Source: Oopsacas minuta | Lineage: Eukaryota; Animalia; Porifera | NCBI GenBank assembly: GCA_024704765.1 | Contig: JAKMXF010000044.1 | Coordinates: 248,001 to 312,000 of the forward strand | Direction: 5' to 3' | Length of the DNA stretch: 64,000 bases | Shown: positions 12,598 through 28,606 of the stretch, one piece after another | How positions within the stretch are numbered: position 1 is the first letter of the stretch | Layout of the letters: each line of letters begins with the position of its first letter | The notes under the pieces: generated by a model | What the model saw: only the letters and a program-made list of their open reading frames with translations | Told to the model about the DNA's origin: nothing | Database searches by the model: none | Program-made: the position numbers and the translations under genes

Positions 12598-14223
12598 ATA
12601 TGTCTCATTTGCTTATGTTAAGGAATAACAACATTTATTTAGACTACTTTAGATTAACAAACTTGATTTTGTAAACTTTAGCTTATATTCTTTATTATCA
12701 TTAGTTAGGTCGGATGAATTTACGAAAAAACTCGTCGAAGCTGAAGTTGTGGTGCCCCCTTCTTTGTTTGGGGCCCTATGCCCCTGTGTCACCTTACGCT
12801 CACTATATACTTCCAATTTTACTTCACCATCCCATAACCTTACCCCAAGAATGGAAGACCTGTAAGACATAAGATCTCTCCAAGGATTACTGTACAGTCA
12901 TCCATATAGTCATTTATGCTAATCTTCAGTATCACGTCATTATCCTAGAAGATTTATCATCATAACTAAAAGGGAATGGGAAATCTAGTATTTACTATTA
13001 TTCAGCAATGGTGAGTTTTGTTATATTATTTAGGGTTTTCGACTTGTAAATTGTTAGTGACGGATTATTCCATCCATTGTCATAATGGGACTCAAACCTG
13101 CCAACTTAGCGCATCAAAAATATTTAATATTATTTACAAAAGCATTTTTACATCATTTCGTACATTTGCTTTGAACTGAAAGATGCGATATTTAACGTTC
13201 TACATCTCATTAAAGATTGAGTAATTTTCCAAATAATGCTTACTAAGCCAAGAAATTCTCACATTTTTGAAATAAAGGTTGATGGTAGGCTTTATCTAGA
13301 GAAGGCTATGGTGTGGTATAGTTTACTTAGTATATATAAATATCAATTATCTTTGGTCTTCCTTTATAGTCTGGGCTGCCAATACGCAAAACGGCCAAAT
13401 TGTGTACATTTCGATAAAAATATGAAACTCCGACTCATATTAGGCATCATGAAGAACATTTTAAGAACTAGAGACAATCAATATCGACCTTGTCGCTACT
13501 ATAAATAGTATCAGGTTTCGCAATCGCTAGTGTTGTCAATGTATGCTAGCGAACACACTTGCTTTCTATGGTCAATATACACTCCCCTACCAAAGATATG
13601 CGTACACCCATATATCCTTGGGAAAATAGTATTATTATAGATCTAATAATTTGCAGGAATGTATTCGCATTGTGTAGATAGGACAATATTGATTTGAGAA
13701 TTGTACTCTACGCATGCAAATTAACTATTGAAGAAGCTTCCAACATATTTAGGATCTAACTTTTTTCAACTGCAACCATGGTGTATGATCGTAACGAGTG
13801 GCACATGGTGGCAAAAGATTGCTATTTAGCAACCTAATGAGTGGCTATTAATGGTAAAGGTTCTGTAATAGGCATTACAATATGTAGAATAGGAATCTGA
13901 AATCAAAATCCAATATCTCATTACATTGAAATCATTACTGTTAAGTATTTCAATTAGTTTAGTACTGTTTTTATGGAATATTTCAGGGAGTACGAATAGT
14001 TTTGGAAAGAGAGTGTATATTTGACAATATTTGGACTGATATTTCCTAGCAACGGAAATATACTTAGGAATGTAACAACATTCCATTCTCGAATTTTGTC
14101 CTGACCTTATTGAGTGATTCCTTGTTTGACGCCGCTAGGCTAGCTGAGTCTTTACACATATCTATTTTAATAGTTACACGATGTTCGAATGGTACTTCCT
14201 GGCCTCCTAATTATTGCTATGTA

Positions 14224-15276
14224 TGTTGCAGTAAATTAGAGATTATCGTGTGTACGCGTACTCACGAATATTGTTTAGTGTATTAGAGTTTACCATAGCA
14301 TATGAATTGTTTATATTATACCCTGTGTATTCCTAAGGCATTGTGGTTAGAGGTGTTCAAATATTATGTATAACTTGTCAACCGCAAGATCACGATGCAT
14401 TCATGTTTATAGCTTCATTTTCTTGATATAGTTCTAATTATTTTGTTTGTTTTTTATAGTACCATTATATTAGTGTTCGTTGTATTTGTTGTCTTGTTTG
14501 TTTAGTTCTCCTTAGGCTTTTATTTTTTCGAAGATAATCATGTGACGCATATCTTTGCTATGGATTGTATATCTTATGCTGATAACGTGGTATTAATTTC
14601 AGAATTTGTTCCTGAAATCGTATTTCAATGTTACTGTAATTGTTACATATTTGAATACTTATTTGAATGTGATAAACAGTTTTTATGCTTCGATTGTCGT
14701 TCTTCAATACGGAAAATTAAACAGTGTAACACGTTAGACTGTTTACTTAACAAAATGTTCGTTATTCTTGTAGCTATCATAGACGAGCAAGATAGATAGT
14801 AAATGACTGCAACTAGAATGATGCTTTACAAAACTTCATAACTATTGACTAATATCAGCAGTTGAAGCATTTACTCTCATATGACATTTACTGCCACAAA
14901 TTTGGCCAACTTTCTGTAAGGACAACTGTTTGTCTTGCAGCGATTAGATCAGCAACAAGAACTCGTGTCAATTCTCAAGATGCATTTCTCTTTGCAGAGG
15001 TCTGAGTAATAGTGACTGGTGGTATGGATCTGTAACAATACATATAATGTACGCTTATATGTATTGTTACAGATCTAGTTTATATCCAGGAAATAACATC
15101 CGACTAGTAGTAACGACTACAACAAACGTAATAACATCTGATCAATGACGCTACAGCTGATATGTACTAACCCAAACAAATCACATATCAACAACCCATT
15201 TGCTATGGTAAACTTTAATACACTAAAAATATTAATGTGTACGCGTGCACATGGAGATCTTTAATACACTGCAACA
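14224..15276. mobile_element. Old ~1.05-kb element with ~100-bp imperfect TIRs (TGTTGCAG...CTGCAACA)
   Basis: 14224-14320 pairs with 15185-15276, e.g. GTACGCGT and TTTAGTGTATTA(G/A)AGTTTACCATAGCA. Flanked by TA on both sides. Confidence 0.6.
15027..15075. repeat. Perfect 21-bp stem, 7-nt loop hairpin
   Basis: GATCTGTAACAATACATATAA-TGTACGC-TTATATGTATTGTTACAGATC. Confidence 0.95.
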
Positions 15277-15280
15277 TATG

Positions 15281-15490
15281 CAGTAAACTCCCGTTATAAC
15301 CTAGTCGGATACAACGAAATTCTACTTATAAGGAAGTGGTCCAATTTTCAGTTAATCAAATTACATTATAAAACCCCGTTTATAACGAGATAAATGGACA
15401 GGTATAAGATATTCCGCTTGTAACGAAATTATATATTACTCCCTCTAGGACAAGAGGTAATGAATATCAGCCCGCTATAACGAAGTTGGC
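15281..15490. mobile_element. Truncated pogo/Tigger-like end
   Basis: Begins CAGTAAACTCCCGTTATAAC with repeated subterminal (A/G)TAACGA motifs. No matching right end found. Confidence 0.4.
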
Positions 15491-16480
15491 TCATAACAAC
15501 CCTAGTTGAATGAATTCCGCTCAAATTAATATCTCACTAGCGCGCATCGCTTGCTAGGTCGCTGCTCGACAGCTTAGAGCCTTAAGTTAGCTTAAGAATA
15601 AAACAGCTCCATTTTGGATGCTTTAGATCTCTAAGCGACGAGATTCACCCGGAACTCTGCCAGGTACAAGTTGATTTAACATAATTATAGTGATTCTAAC
15701 AGGTAAGTGCCCGGAGATCAGATTTTTGTGAAAATTTCAATTTTTTATTATCCATGGTCCATCCACATGCCATTTAATCTTTTTGTACAGTCATGATTAC
15801 ACAATAATCAAATGATGAGCTAGCTTTGATTAGAATCATGAAGTCAGGACATTTGTCATATTTAGGTGTACCTGTGCTTCAAATTTGAAACTTCTGTCAT
15901 CCATATTGGCCTAGCAGTGAAAGTGGCTAGGAATGTGATTTTTGAAAACCCAAGGGTGACAATGTCGTCATAATTTCATCACAAGTGTGAATTATCGTCC
16001 AAGACTTGAACTTGTTCGAGCCTAGCTCAAAATACAATGTAATCGAAAAATCAGACCTCGGGGTCCTCCAGTTTCTTATTGTGGAACATAGATATATTTA
16101 GCGTGGAGCATCATTAATATTATATTACAATCATGTGTAGTGACTATATATTTTGACTGATTAAAATATTTGGAATCAAATCCGATAGATGTGGTAATTT
16201 ATAAGTTGATTTAGCATTTTGGATCATGGATTATATCCATAACATATATTTTGCTATTGCTGAATAGAAAATCTCCATAAAAATAGGAATAAAATTGGCT
16301 CTGTTTATAAATATTCATTAAATTGGAAGACAATAACAAGAGACATACAAAAACTGCTGATTCCTAAAAGTATGACATCTGAAAGAATTATATATATATA
16401 TGATACATTCCAAGTCCTTAAAAAGCAATTAATCGATATGTATGTAGCCCTATATACATATGTATATATATATTTCTATG

Positions 16481-19461
16481 CAGGAGTGTAGGCACCCAAA
16501 TAAAGGAGGGGGCATCACAACTTCAGCTTCGACGAGTTTTTTCGTAAATTCATCCGACCTAACTAATGATAATAATGAATATAAGCTAAAGTTTACAAAA
16601 TCAAGTTTGTTAATCTAAAGTAGTCTAAATAAATGTTGTTATTCCTTAACATAAGCAAATGAGACATATTTAAGGGATTAACATAATTCCACGGTTACAA
16701 TGATGCGCAAATGAGTTGATAAGGTCACCCATATGATTTCCAATTACAAAGTCAGGAATATTCCGTTCAATGTTCAGAATAGCAACATTTGACAGTCTCT
16801 CCTGACCGATTGTTGAACGTAGATATGTTTTTATTCTACGTAGGGTAGAAAAAGAGCGCTCGACACTACAAGACGTGGCAGGAATAGAGGCAAGAATTTG
16901 TGCCAATAAAGAGAACGTGGGAAATTCTGAAATTCGATTTTCATGTATCTGTTCAGAAAGTTTGTAGCCAGACGAAAGAACACTAGAATCTTCATCTTTT
17001 AATAGCCCAACTATGACGTTTCTCTTTGATAGAAGACTATCTTAATCAATTTCATAAAATCAGCAACGAGATTAGCTTCTTTCCTTACATCCTGTTTTTC
17101 TGAGTGCATGATCAAAACTGCAAGTGCACACAAAATATCTTGATCATTATCTGAAAATCGGGATTGGATTTCCTGTTTAAATCCATAGACCATGGGAAGA
17201 TAAATGGTCTCTTTGGCAAATGATCGTGGTTGATCATATACAACTGCAGATGTTATCGCAAGTCCTGCTTCAATTGCAATCGAAAATGGGATGGGACGTC
17301 GTGGAACTTCCAACTCTTTGAAGTTAACTATTTTTTTCGTCTTTGATGATGTTTCTCACTTCAGTTGCCATGGCCTCAGTTTCATTCAAAACTTTAGAAA
17401 GCAGTTTTCATTTTCAAGACTCTCCAGGTTTGTGATGGTGAATTCCGCAGATTTTCTTGCAAGAACTACATCCATGGTCTCTGACTGCAAATAAACTGAT
17501 GATGCACTGCTTATACCCAATAACAAATGTTTACTAAGAGGCCCGCTGATGTTGCAGATGTAGAAGAATCGATAGCAAGAATTTTCATGATAGAAATGAT
17601 TGTGGAGCCGAGACACTTCTTAATGGCAGAGGCTGACTTATGTCGCATGGCCCATCGAGTTTTACTTTGTGACTGAAGCACGATCACTTTCTCGCCACCA
17701 ACCTTTTGAGTATCTTGGAACTTATGATGTCGTCTAGCACTAGCCTCAATGAACGTGCAGATTTTGCAAAGATCCAAATGCATTTCTAACTGGAATCACT
17801 CTTGAAACTGATTTTTGGACAGCAAGATTTAATAAATGGCCAAAGCAATGGACATAAATCGATTTAGGAGCAAGTGATTTTATCAAAGTTTGTAATCCTC
17901 CCTTTTCCCTTTCATGTTACTAGCACCATCATATCCTTGGCCAACAATATAACTTGGATCTAGATTTAAGTCCTTTAATGCTTCTGTAACTAGTTCAAAA
18001 AGTGCTTTTGCAGTTGTCGATTTTGCTAGATAAAAGCCAATAAATTTCTCTTTCATCATCCCTTTTGAAGCACAATGAAGATAAAGAGAGCACTGCTCAT
18101 CACGACTTATGTCCAAGGTTTCATAGCCAATTATTGAATACATTCTGCTTTCTATGACTTCATCTGATATGATTTTAGTTACGTTGCTTTCGATTAAATC
18201 CAAGATCCCATTTTGGATTTCGGGACTAAGCCACATTCTATGACGATTATTCAACTCTTCGAACTTTTCTTTAAACCATGGTAGATCTTTGCCTCTGAGA
18301 TGAAGTAGCTCAAGGAAATTACCCCGATTTGAATTTGATGTCTCACAGATAGTCTTTAGATCTCCCTTATGTCCTCTTATGGCAATATTTTGTTTTGCCA
18401 AACAAGCAAGAGTTTCCATCACCTTTGAAAGATACATACGGTTGAGCTTTACTTAATCTTCCCTTTGCTTTCGAACTTGTGACAAAATTGAACTTTTCTT
18501 AAATTATTTGATTTAGATCTTATCCATGCAATCATGTGATTTTGATGTGCAATACTTTTTGCATGTTTTTTTAGTCTTTTGGGCTTTGACCAATTTTTGA
18601 AGACGAAAGGCTTTTGAGTCTTTGATCCAAACTTTTTGCAAGGAAAACATGTTGCTGTATCGTCATTTTGAATGTATGAAATCCAAGAGAATTCTTTGTA
18701 CCATTTTGTTTGATTGCTTCTATTTCGACCATAAATTAATTTATTAGGCAAATTCTGAAGATGGTGTTGAAGTGTAATAGATTCAAGAATCCGTGAGGAA
18801 AACTCTTTAAGTATAGAGTCAACCACTTCTTAAGAATAATATTCCTCATGATAGCATTGTCCTTATCTGTAGTATCACTTGATTCATTTGTCTCCAATTC
18901 GAATGAATTCCTATTCACTGATATTTCCGGATCATCAATAGGGACAGGCTCTGAAATCAAAGGATTTGAAAAGCACTCGGTAAGGATAAGAGATGAATCT
19001 TCGGAGACATTGTCACTGGTACAAATTTGTGTTAGATGAAACAGGTACTGTATTTAAAGCAGTATCGAAAACTTCATAATTTTGTTTTGATTTTCTGAGA
19101 CAACCAGCGAAATACGATATTTTTGTCCTGCATTTTGCAAGAGCGCATGACAGTTTTGGATGTGACGATTTTTATTATCATTGTCCATAATAGTGTCGCA
19201 TTCATTACATTTCACTTTATGTCTGTCACTGGCGTGTCTTTTTGTTGACATGTTGATATATTTTCTACTACTAATTAGATATTATGTATGTTACTAGTTA
19301 CGTATAATCACTATATCAAAAATTTTTATAATCATATCTTTTATCAACATCAACAAATAAGATGGAGAAATATACCCCTTTCATTTTCCTCCGATGAGGT
19401 TCAGTGCGGACCGACTGGGAGCTCCATTCACCCCTTGGAGCCTCCTTCAAATACGCCCCTG
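16481..19461 (-). mobile_element. hAT transposon copy B (inverted relative to copy A)
   Basis: Ends CAGGAGTGTAGG / TACGCCCCTG with 8-bp TSD TTTCTATG/TCTCTATG (7/8). ORFs mirror copy A (coordinate sums are constantly 29267). Confidence 0.92.
16670..19251 (-). pseudogene. hAT transposase pseudogene, same lesions as copy A
   Basis: ORF translations are identical to those at 10016-12597 apart from two residues in the last ORF (S/N, D/G). Confidence 0.92.
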
Positions 19462-20689
19462 TCTCTATGTCTAGAATTGATTTCATCTCCCATATCGCAT
19501 TTTGCAGTACTTGTCATTATTTGCGATTGTATTTATCATTCGCACATACATTCTACTAGTTGCTGAACCTCGATCATTTCCTCCCTTTTTGAATTCGGTG
19601 ACTTAGAAGAAATGGTTTACTGTAAATTTTTGATAAATTCCTTACTACTTCTCAAACATTTTTGACAAACTTAGCGATTCAAAATTATCTACAGTTAACT
19701 CCGCTAATAATATTATCTAGTTGATTCTGGTAACCACGAAGAGCTGAGAGTACGTCTACCCTGCAAGCTATGTCAGAGTTACTCTAACATGGCCTTCAGA
19801 GAATCAGATTTTAAATTCTCCTTCATCGACCATTTTACATTTTACATTAACAAACATATAGTTATTGCAAAATTATACTTGCTGCCTTAGTCTAATCATG
19901 TTTTAACAAGGCTGGAACAACCAAGTCTAGATTACTACTTGCATCACAGTCGTCGATTTTTTTATTCTCCAAACATATTGGAGTAAGTACAGTTTAAATT
20001 GTCTCTTGACTCGAACTGATATATAATGAATAATTCGAGAAGTATAAAACTATATATTATAATGTGTGTGTATTTAAATACGAAACAATTAATGTTACTC
20101 GAAGTTTTCGGTCTGTATCATTCTCCAATTATCTTCTTTAAAGTAATTACAGTTTGGATGGTCTCTTGACTCGAAGCGGTAGATAATGAATAATTCAAGA
20201 TATATTTCCACTATTACTAGCAGAAAATCGAGCTTCATGTGCAGCTTCTGCTACTTCCTGCGGCCTGTAAACATTTCGTGTCCGTTGAAATTATGATATT
20301 ACTTGTAATCTTCTTTATCTTTTGTTCACAGCTTTATATATTAAGCCACCATGTTTGGCATGTATTCTCGTATTGAAGTCGAGTTATCATCTGGTAATCA
20401 CTAAATTATGAAATGGATAACGTCAAGTGTGGGTAGTAGTAGTAATGATCGAAATAGTTTTCCGCTGAATATTATGGCCGGATATTCTACCAACCGAATA
20501 ATTAACAAAAGATTCGATACAGCTAAACCGCTAATATTTAAGAAATAATTAAGCCTCAAACAGCGTTCGGAACAACTATACGATTTCTGATGAATACCGA
20601 TATTCGGAAATATTCAGTTTATTGATCACAAGTGGGTGGAATTAAAAGTTAATGATCATACCTTTCAGGAACACGTCACAGTAAAAAGA

Positions 20690-22400
20690 GGCTTTAGACA
20701 CGACCTGAATGTCTACGTCAGCACAATAGCAATGAACCCATTCAGAGCAGTTGTCATATTATACTCAATCGGATTGATTCTTTCCAAGTTTCCTCCTTGT
20801 CACAGGTTCTGGTCTTTTCTTGTGGCATATACTGCACAGGGTATCCGAATCGTCAGAGCTGCTGGTTGACCTAGAAGACCGTGTGGATTCAGGAGAACTG
20901 TCACGCTCCCTCGCACTTCCCTTCACTCCAGTACCTCCTCTACCTGATATACTGATTCGTCCTTGAGCCCTGACATACTTCCTCTTTGGGGAATTCTCAG
21001 CCACAAACTGCCTCCCTTTATAGCTTTTTCCACCTTCTAATTTCAGCAGGGCACCCTCTCTTTGTTGCTTGAATAGTCTCGCCCTTCATCTTCGTCTTTG
21101 ATAATTCGACTTCTGAGCTCATCGAGAATAATCTGAATAGTATTCTCGTTTAAGAATTGCACTATAAGTAAGCCAAGGTCTGTCAGGATTCCGAATAGTG
21201 AAATTTCAACTTCGTTAAAGGTTAGAACAGCTATTGCAGTGCTAATCCTTAATAGATTGAGGTGATGAGTACTTGCTTTTGGGACAGAGACTCCATATAG
21301 TGTTGTGTGAGTATTCATTAGCATTTTAAGTTAGTCATAATGTCAGATGGCTACAGAATTCGTCTGTTGCATAAGTATTCAATTCTACTTTTACCTTTTC
21401 TATGTCAATTGGTTTGAAGGCTGTCAGAGCCGTAGATGCTGAAGAACCTGATGGGTTTCTCCACCGACACCATGATTTCTCTCCAGTAGGACAGCCAGAA
21501 TGATCCCCTGCCACATTATCAACTAGTAAATGTAGAGAGGAACACAGGTTGATTGATGCTAAACCACGGTGTTGATAGATGACAGTAGAGTAATTTGCGG
21601 CGATATAATCAGCCTTCCATTCAGGTAGTGCGTGTTGTGTAAGAGTATTATTTTCGTACTTCTCATCTTCTTCAGACACTTGACCACATGCGTTTACATT
21701 TCTCTTATCGAATCTTCACAAAATTGTGTGGATTTAGTTCTTTCACCTGTTAAAAACTTATGAATCTCCATCTCCGACAAAAACGAGTATGCCAGGTGAT
21801 TATTCTCTAAGGAGCGCCCCTAAATCCTCTTCGCTATTTCTGGCTCAATAGTTTGAGAAGATCCAGTTTAATTTCGATTGTACTTTTGCTTATGACGTTC
21901 TAACCACTTCTCGTACTCGGCTGGCCGATTTTCCGTTTCTCTTCTGTCCAGATAGAGCACTTCTTACAGAGACGGCTCGTGATTTCTTAGTCCAGTACCT
22001 TCTTGATGTCGGTAGAGATAACAACACGGAAACCTATGTTGGGATAGAAGTATCTGGTCTTCCAGGAGCTTTCTAAGTTGATGGTTACGTTGGTAGCGTT
22101 AGGATCAAGTGATACTTCACAGTCTGATCTTTGACTTAGCTACTTAGCGGCATCAGATATGGCAGTCCCTACTGCAACTTTTGTAACAGCTTCCAGAAGG
22201 TTCAGATATGGAGATGGCATGCCCCGAACTGGTGGGGGGCATATCACACATTGTAGATAGTTGTGATTTTTTACGCCACGAAATACCAGTAGAGTGTACA
22301 CCCATAACATTCTAATGGTATGTATAAATCCATGAATCCATTTTTCTTCGTAAAGGGAAAGACTCAACACATTCGCTGCGATGAAAGGTAGAGAATATCT
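20690..22400 (-). pseudogene. Mutator-like (GDGDS-type, MULE/Kolobok group) transposase pseudogene with C-terminal PHD-like finger
   Basis: Minus frames give GMPSP..LLEAVTKVA, FVGDGDS, HSGCPTGEKSWCRW, HNTIWSLCPKSKYSSPQSIRISTAIAVLTFNE, then an acidic/Ser tract and CSIC...*V*YDNCSEWVHCYC. Termini not identified. Confidence 0.75.
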
Positions 22401-22841
22401 CTGCTAGGATGCCAACATCAAGAATTCTCATGCCAGTTGGTCTGTGAATTTCTCTTTTTTCATGAAACCAAAGTAGTAACACAGGTTTGGAATACGATAA
22501 ATTAGCAATGTCGCCTCTGCGTGTGAGTACCTTTAGGTATTTGTAATTCCTTGATTTAGGCGGTTTCGGGCAAAGCGGTATTGTCAGGTTTTGCACACCT
22601 GTAAGAGATGGTGTACAAGTTGTATATATACAGGGTGTTTCACCACACTTTGGGTTATTCATATGGAAATGTATTGTTATTTATATGAATATAAATGTAA
22701 ACATTTAGTCAAATTTTACAATACATACAAGCTTGCCCTAAACGACTACTTAGGATTTTCTAGTTTCTCATAAGCAAATTTATTGCTGTTTTTATGAATG
22801 TATAGTAAACAAATAGCTGAAATTTCCAAATATATGTAAAG

Positions 22842-23775
22842 CAGGGGCGTAGATCCCGGGGGGATGGGGGATATATCCCTCCACTTATGAGCTTGGGAGG
22901 ATGCTCTATGTAATCATCCCCCCTACATTTTAACTTTTGAGATACGTCTACATTATTTTTGCTCTCAAATCTTTTGAGTTTCAGCAGATTATCCTCTTGT
23001 TACATTCAAATTTCACTGTTCTCGAGTATGTTTTCAAAGATATTAATCTGAGATGTCATTCCCTATCTACTCATTGAAATATATGTTATAAAATCAGGGT
23101 TGATAAAAATCATGATTTTTTTTTAAATATCAAAAAAATCCGATTTTTTGAATTTAATCGGATTTTTTTATTAAATCGGATTTTGTATAACAGCTGACTG
23201 AACCATCCGGCTAAATATGAACAACCCCCTCAGGTGCCAATCCTTCGGCTTACATAAGATTTGTATTAATCCAAGTCATTATGGAGGGGTTCATAATAAG
23301 CGATCCTGACTGTACAAATGAATAGATTTTCGATAGGTATACATAATAATATCAGAATGGACATAATCAGCTTGAGAAAATAATAAAAACATCAAAATAT
23401 TGAATTTTAATAAGATATTTTGATAAAACTCGGATTTTGATTTAAATCAAACAATCCTGGTTATAATCCAGTTAAATGTATACTTGTAAAAATCTCTATC
23501 GTGCTTATTAATAATTCGCACTCGTAGAGTCTCTTCGAATAATTTACACTGTAATCTAGATATATTAAATCAATAGCTTCTTTTCACACTACCAAGTATA
23601 AAGTATATTATATATACTATGATCTATGTTCTTAGCTGTTTTTATTATTGCCTATCTTTTTGTCGAGTTAGGAAGTTTAATGACTACGATTATGGCATAT
23701 TCATATTTGTCATATATAGAAAAGTGCTAGTTTTAAATTCTCCATCTCCAGAGAAATCACGGATCTAAGCCCCTA
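22842..23775. mobile_element. hAT MITE with nested insertions
   Basis: CAGGGGCGTAGATCC / GGATCTAAGCCCCTA with a perfect 8-bp TSD ATGTAAAG. Confidence 0.9.
23095..23459 (+). mobile_element. hAT MITE (family of 59703-60045), nested
   Basis: CAGGGTTGATAAAAATCATGA ... GATTTAAATCAAACAATCCTG. GTTATAA occurs on both flanks (decayed TSD). Confidence 0.7.
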
Positions 23776-24081
23776 ATGTAAAGACTTGCTCTCAACAGAC
23801 ATATAGGGTAATCAGGTACGCTGAAACCGAATTTGAAATCTTATGTTTTTCATTGAAAAGTCCAGTATCCATGCATGCTAATTGTTGAGTCAGGATGTAC
23901 ACAATTCAATTTCAGTTAGATAGAAACAACATAGAAACAATCTGGAAATATTGCTATTTTAACAACCACAGTTTAAGGAGGATTTCAAACGGGTTAGGAA
24001 GTAAATGAGATAAACACATTACTACATGAATTCGACCAACAATACCAAAAAAGATTTCAGTTGTTCCCATATTGTATCTGC

Positions 24082-26529
<2,448 letters not shown>

Positions 26530-28606
26530 GTATGTACTATTTAAATACAATGAGTTAAAACTGAATAATTAATACATTCTATAATTTCCATATAGTATCT
26601 TTACTTATGGCCGACAATATAGCCCCCAAACTGGCGGATATATGCTATCGATAGTAGAGATGCTCTCGAGGATCTTACTGTACAATGTCACAGATTTTTA
26701 TAAGGTATCTTAACGATCGGTGAGACAGGTTGGATTCCATGCTAACACGCTAGATACAGTCATCACCCAGTAACTCTAATATCCGTAAACTCGAATTATA
26801 CTTACCTCCCTTCGTTGTACGTACCTTTCTTACTTATGGCATCCGTTAACTAAAACATTGGCGATCTCGAAGAAATTTTTGATTCCCTTACATGTATTAT
26901 GTAAATACTATTTACAAGTGATATTTGCAATTCTGGTTGATGCTGTGTAAATGGCTGACAACGTAAGCTAAACAACGATATCTATCTGTAATAATAAACG
27001 CGAAAAGCTGAAAATAGTGAAGAAGACAGTGTTCGTCAACTGACAGAAAATGTACGAAAGAAAATTGATCAGTAGATCCAATCATTTGTTCAGAATTCAA
27101 AGTTTCAGTTCTTGTTTCAACCAGTCTCCCTCGCCATGTGAATACGACTCCTACACTCTCACCTGTAATTGAACGGAACTGCTTCAGACTCGAAGCTAGC
27201 ATTTCCCGAGCATTTGCATATATCATGCTAGGAATTTTTATTTTACAAAAAATACAGTGGAAACTGAATAAACTGCACATTAATACGTGTTGTTTAATAT
27301 ATCGTTGGATTATAGAGGTCTGCCTGATCATATAGGTGTCGGTTAATGTAGTTTCCACTGTACAATGAAATTGAAAGGTTCATTCGTAAGATAAGAATAG
27401 TTACAAATTTATAGATGAAACCTAAGCAGTTCAAGGTTAAGTCTATATTCATTTCCGCAGCCCCTTTGATCAAAATTGTGATACATACTACAATATACAA
27501 CATGCGAAAGATTAACAGCCCTTATTTAATACAAATAGTTCGTTACCCCTAGATCAGTTACGCAACCATGTATTTGAAAGAGGTGTCAAATGTCATTTGA
27601 AATGATGAGCATTGCAACTTTAAGCATGTGTCAGGTACTTTAAATATTTGAAAATTGTGTCAAACCACCACCTGCTCCTATCTGAATAGGGAGAAATATT
27701 AATTGTAGATTAATTATTTAGTATTAAGACGTACTAGATGGAGGTATTTGTTCGGGTTATTTACGCTAAGTTGATAAGAAAAATTTCAGTTTGAATTGTC
27801 TACAAACTATAGATTCTGAAAATTGTACAGATATAACTTGTGAGGATCGGGATAATCTGAATTCTATCAACTAGAATTCTGCATATTAAAACAAAAGATA
27901 ATATCATGCACTGGCAAGAAAATTGTGAAAAAAGTGAAAGTATTGCCAGGCCGCGGGGGGCGATACCGTAAAATCGAATGCATATATATGCATAACTAGA
28001 CTCAATTGTCGAGCGACATCGGACAAGTGGTCACTCGATAGGATTTTGTCAAGTTCTGGAATTAATATTCGGATGCTACTATATAGGTTAGAATATTATG
28101 TACTATATTCTGGATAGGGGTGTGGAATTGTTTATTTGTTCTTGTACATGATATTCTAATATGTACTCAACGTGGGTAACACCGATATAGGACGAAAATA
28201 ATTTATGTCTAGCTCCGATCACATTTAATATGTTGGAGAAACTCTTGCTTGTTTTAGTTTAGTTTTTTGGGAAATTTCTGTGACTAAGGACACTATACAT
28301 ACACTCATCATAAAGAGGTGTGTGAAGATATTGATCCAACCAGAGTATAGATACGTAAGAGGAACTCATTAGATTAATATCCTCAAGAGATCACTATATA
28401 CAAGTTGGTGATATTCTCAATAACAAAATGAAGAGAAACAAATGTATTGACATGGATAGAAAATTAAGAGCGTATGAAATAGAGTCGGGTAAAATCGACA
28501 CAAGAAAATTATAGCGTCCATGAATGATATCATGCACAAGGAGAGGAAAATACTACCAATGTTAATAATGGAGGAGGATAACAATTTGGTGACTGAACCA
28601 ACAATG

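Larger units (their letters stand above)
7797..12786 (+). mobile_element. hAT transposon copy A (ZMYM1/TTF-type), interrupted by a 2-kb foldback
   Basis: Ends CAGGGGCGTA / TATGCCCCTG. Flanks TGATAGCT / TGTCACCT (5/8, decayed TSD). Colinear with copy B once 7956-9975 is removed. Confidence 0.85.

Noticed and set aside
5220-13739. Shared 18-mer TAACTATTGAAGAAGCTT at 5220 and 13722
   Set aside because: The similarity does not extend, and the sequence is AT-rich; chance or a tiny repeat remnant.
19986-20205. ~60-bp imperfect direct repeat
   Set aside because: Two diverged copies only, probably subterminal TE repeats; no further structure.
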